This document shows, piece after piece, positions 59,847 to 64,000 of a stretch of 64,000 nt of DNA. The stretch lies in NCBI RefSeq assembly GCF_009914755.1, contig NC_060928.1; one strand, given 5' to 3'. A program made the position numbers and the translations under genes. The DNA is from the human T2T-CHM13v2.0 reference genome, Homo sapiens. How positions within the stretch are numbered: the stretch's first letter is position 1; each line of letters starts with the position of its first letter. The notes under the pieces were generated by a model that was not told the DNA's origin, made no database searches, and saw only the letters and a program-made list of their open reading frames with translations.

Positions 59847-59860
59847 GTGCCCTCTGGTGA
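59847..59860 (-). promoter_or_regulatory. Candidate CTCF core motif
   Basis: The minus strand reads TCACCAGAGGGCAC, close to the CCACCAGRGGGCRC consensus. Confidence 0.4.
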
Positions 59861-61859
59861 CTCCATGGTATAAATCAGGCCACTTCCAAGCTTTCTCCAC
59901 TGCTGGTGGAAGATCCAGCCTTCCCAGGTCTGCTAAGTCAGTTACCAATTATCTCAATCTATGTGAGTTTATGAACAAAACAGTCAATTTTTCTTACTTC
60001 AGTTGTAAATGCCTGTAGCTAATTCTCCATCCCAAACCGGAATGGCTTCTACATAACTGTAAGAAAATTTAACCTGCCAAGTTCTCTGGTAGGTCGTTCC
60101 TGCCATCACCCGCTTCCACTTCATCCTCTTCTGTATGGTGGAGAATCCTGGGCATCCCTGAATCTAACTTAATGCTTTCCAAACCACATGTCAACTATTG
60201 CTTTGTGTATGTGTCTTTATCCCCAGTGAATACATACACCTGGAGATGAAGATCAGAGATTGTCTTTTTGCTTAGCCAGTGTTCAGCTCATGGCAAGCCT
60301 CTATTATGTTTATTGAACACATTGATGAATGAATGAAGTTTTAAGAAATTGAGCAAGGGGCTAAAATGAGAAGGGGGATTCAGCTATATTTTAACTCTTA
60401 GAACTCACTAATAAAATTTGTCTTACTGGCTTAGTTATGGATGGTTTCACCAGTAGGTAGATGAAAACAGTGGGAATGGAGGGATAAAGAATTCAGTAGC
60501 TTGTTATCTGCTTGTGCTAATGAAAGTAAATACAAAGCCAGAGCACTTTCTGAATTGTTTTGTGAGGCCATAAGTTGCTGCATCTATGTCATCTTGCTAA
60601 ATTTTATTTTTTACTTTTTCTGATCCCCCCATCCTGGCAGAAAAATGCCTGAAAGAAGAGTTGCCAAATTGCGATGTCTATTTCATAGTTGACTATTCCT
60701 CGTCAATAATAACATTTTATTTGTTTTAACTAAAGTTCCAAGAAAAATGTGCAGAACCTGTAACATGTTATTGCTTGAAGGTTAAAGAATATGTTCACTT
60801 CATAACCTTGAAATAATGTGCTCTGTTTTCGTATTCACCCTATCAGAGCAGAATCTGTCTCCTGAACATCTATGAAAGGAAACTCCCCTAGGAAAAATAT
60901 TTCATAAATATCTGACCACACTAAACTTGATCTTTGATGTTTCAACTTCACAGGGAGCTGCTTTTGGTGATGGAGGTGTCAGAAAATTTGTAGTCAAGGT
61001 TTTCAGATTGTTCATTTGAGTTATACCAGTTCACCACTTTTAGTCTTCATGTAACAGAAGCACTCCAGTTTTGGTACTAATTCTGGGAGGTATCCTTACC
61101 TGCTAAGCAGAGATAAAGGAAAAAAAATAATCTAGGCTTTTCTTCATGAGAGCAGCACCTTTTTTAGTTGATTCTGCTCAGGAAGAATAAAGTCAGGACA
61201 CAGTTAGACAAAATGCCTCTGCCCAGGCTGTAAATTTTCCAGGGAAAAATTTTGCCTGGCATGACTCCAGGTTGTGGCTTAGAACATTCTGTGTGCACTC
61301 TGAATGCTCCCAGAAAGGGACTCTTGATTTGGGAACTCTGGGAACAAAGTAATTATTATGGAATAAGCAATTACACTTAAGATAAATTATATAAAGATTT
61401 ACTAAACAATAAAAGTAGTGTTGCAACTAATGTGGATTCTTCAACAAGACCGTGATTGTGTCTCTCCCAGGAGTAGCTCAACTCTTGGTCTTACACTTGA
61501 ATCCTTTGTCTTTCCCTTTGATTATTTTGTCTATTTCTTGATCCCTGAAAGCCACTGATGTCTGATCGGATTTCAAGGGTAAATAGTAATAATAATAATA
61601 ATAAGTGCTCTGGAGGTGTTTGCTTCTCCCACCTCTGTTCTCTGGTCAGGGGTCACCGGGACTTGCTTTTTCTTCTCTAAACTCTGCCTGGTCAAACACC
61701 CCAGACACTGTCTTGTGTCCTTCCTATCAGCTCTCTTCCCACACTGTGTTTTTATTCTGTTGTTCCTACGGTCTTTTTATTTCATCTTTAATAGACTTAA
61801 AAAAACATTCTTAATTACAATTCAAATTTTCTGTAGGATGAAAGATAATACCAATTTAC

Positions 61860-62085
61860 TTTGAAAGAGTATTTGTTCCATACAAGACTCTGTGGAAAGC
61901 ACTTTACAAACGTGATCTTAAAATATTTCCAAAATAATCCTGGGTGCAAAGGTTGTTTCTTATTTTATAAATGGGAAAAAAAAAATGAGATTCAGCAGTT
62001 AAGTCTATTCCTCAAGGTTATACAGCTAGAAAGCTCAGGAGCTGGAATTTGACCCTAACTCCACTAAACTTCCAAGTCCTTGATG
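61860..62085 (-). mobile_element. MIR SINE
   Basis: aagcactttaca...gttaagtctattcctcaaggttatacagctagaaa...ggagctggaatttgaccc. Confidence 0.7.
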
Positions 62086-62340
62086 TTAGATATTTAAGGA
62101 AAAAAAAAAGTGAAGGTTACCTATAATTCCATAATCTGAAAAAAACTATTTTCTAGGATATTTCTGTTTTGCTGTTTTGTTTACTATAGTGTGCATAAAT
62201 GCGTGCTTATTTATGTCAGTTTATACATGCTCACACATTTATTTAAATAAAGGTCTTTCATTATATATATTTAATAGAATAATTCTATGTCCACTTTTTC
62301 ATTTGTAACAATTGTGAAACATTTGCATGTTATTAAGTAT

Positions 62341-62400
62341 TTCTGAAAATAAAATGTGTCCATTTAAAATTTGTGAAAATAAAATGTGTCCATTTAAAAT
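62341..62400. repeat. 30-bp tandem duplication (29/30 identical)
   Basis: ttctgaaaataaaatgtgtccatttaaaat / ttgtgaaaataaaatgtgtccatttaaaat. Confidence 0.95.
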
Positions 62401-63214
62401 ACCATCTTTAAGGCTACATAATATCTACTATTCAGAAATACCATATTTTAAACACTTTTTGACTGATATTTATGATTTTTCTAATGTTTCATTATGAAAG
62501 ATGGTGGCGGTGTGGACATTTGCTTTAATCTTCTAAGGACATACCTTAGCCTACCCTCCAGGAGTCCTCCTTGGCTATGTTCCAGCCAAAATGGCCAGTT
62601 TTCCCTCGTATTAATTTCCCTGTCCATCTTATCTCACTGGTGAGACTGGCCCAATATATTCAGCCTGTTCTAAAGCTGATCGATCTTTATAAATGCATAC
62701 GGAGAAAAAGACTAGCTCCACGCACAGTGACATTAGAAAGACTGCTCCCCCAGTAGACAAACACGCTTCTCTCTGTCTGCCCTCTGCTATTTTTTCACCC
62801 TCATTTCAGTTAGGCAATTGCAGCCGGGGAGGCCTGGGCTTTTCTTATGTTTGAGCACATCATTAATCGGGCTCTCACTCACTCACTCATGTGTGAAGTG
62901 GACTCTCGTGGACAATGATCAACTGCTCAGCCCCTGAAATTTCTTGTTTGCCGCTGGTCCCTAGAATCCACTTCAGAGCAGATTCTACCTGTATATTCTT
63001 TTACAAAAATGTGGATGATAAGATTAAATCAGAAATTATTCTGAAGCTTGAAAAGATTCAAGTCCTAAGATACCTGTAAATACTTTACTATTTTAAAGGT
63101 ATAGTCCTAGCCCAAAGTGTAGATTTAGTTACTTCTTAAAATTATTTTGAAAAATTAAAAATGTCACCAGTGTCAGGTAAACAAGACTAATTGGAGGGAA
63201 AAAAATCCTTATAA

Positions 63215-63701
<487 letters not shown>

Positions 63702-64000
63702 GGTTTGGTACATTTCTAAGTTCTCTGACTATTACATTTAACTTCCTTATTCCTTATTTAGAATGTTTGTCTTGATACCGTGAGCAACAAGGAAAGATAA
63801 TATTTGCATCCCAATATAAAAAAGTATTTTATTTCCTTCATGTTCAAATATATTTGAAAGGTGACAGTTTTCTTAGTAGTGGGTGTTTGCTCCTTCGGTT
63901 TATAACTTCATTAATTTATTGTTAGTATTGATCCCTGTCAACTTCATACCCGATAAAAGTGGAGCTACTACATATAGGTCTGTTGAATGAAATAGCATTT

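Overview
AT-rich hominid (most likely human) genomic DNA with no recognisable protein-coding host exons in 64 kb. It reads as a large intron or intergenic/lncRNA territory. About a third is recognisable transposable element sequence: a full-length L1PA2-type LINE-1 on the minus strand (ORF1 and ORF2 broken, antisense ORF0 intact), a THE1D/MSTA-type MaLR provirus with three LTRs, a THE1 solo LTR, an MLT1C LTR, eight Alus, a FLAM, MER2, MER91A, and several L2, MIR and old L1M relics. The remainder contains GC/CpG-enriched islands that look like regulatory elements (about 8.6-9.2 kb, 10.4-10.6 kb, 16.2-16.5 kb, 20.0-20.5 kb). The two most unusual unexplained signals are possible RNA structures. 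One is a 100-nt four-way cloverleaf with tRNA-like spacing at 10401-10500. The other is a long hairpin with a competing helix over a perfect 5' splice site at 16368-16452. Both are hand-folded candidates only. I cannot name the locus. TE subfamily calls come from recalled consensus features, not a database search, and coordinates of old TEs are approximate. Most short ORFs in the track are TE-derived or chance.
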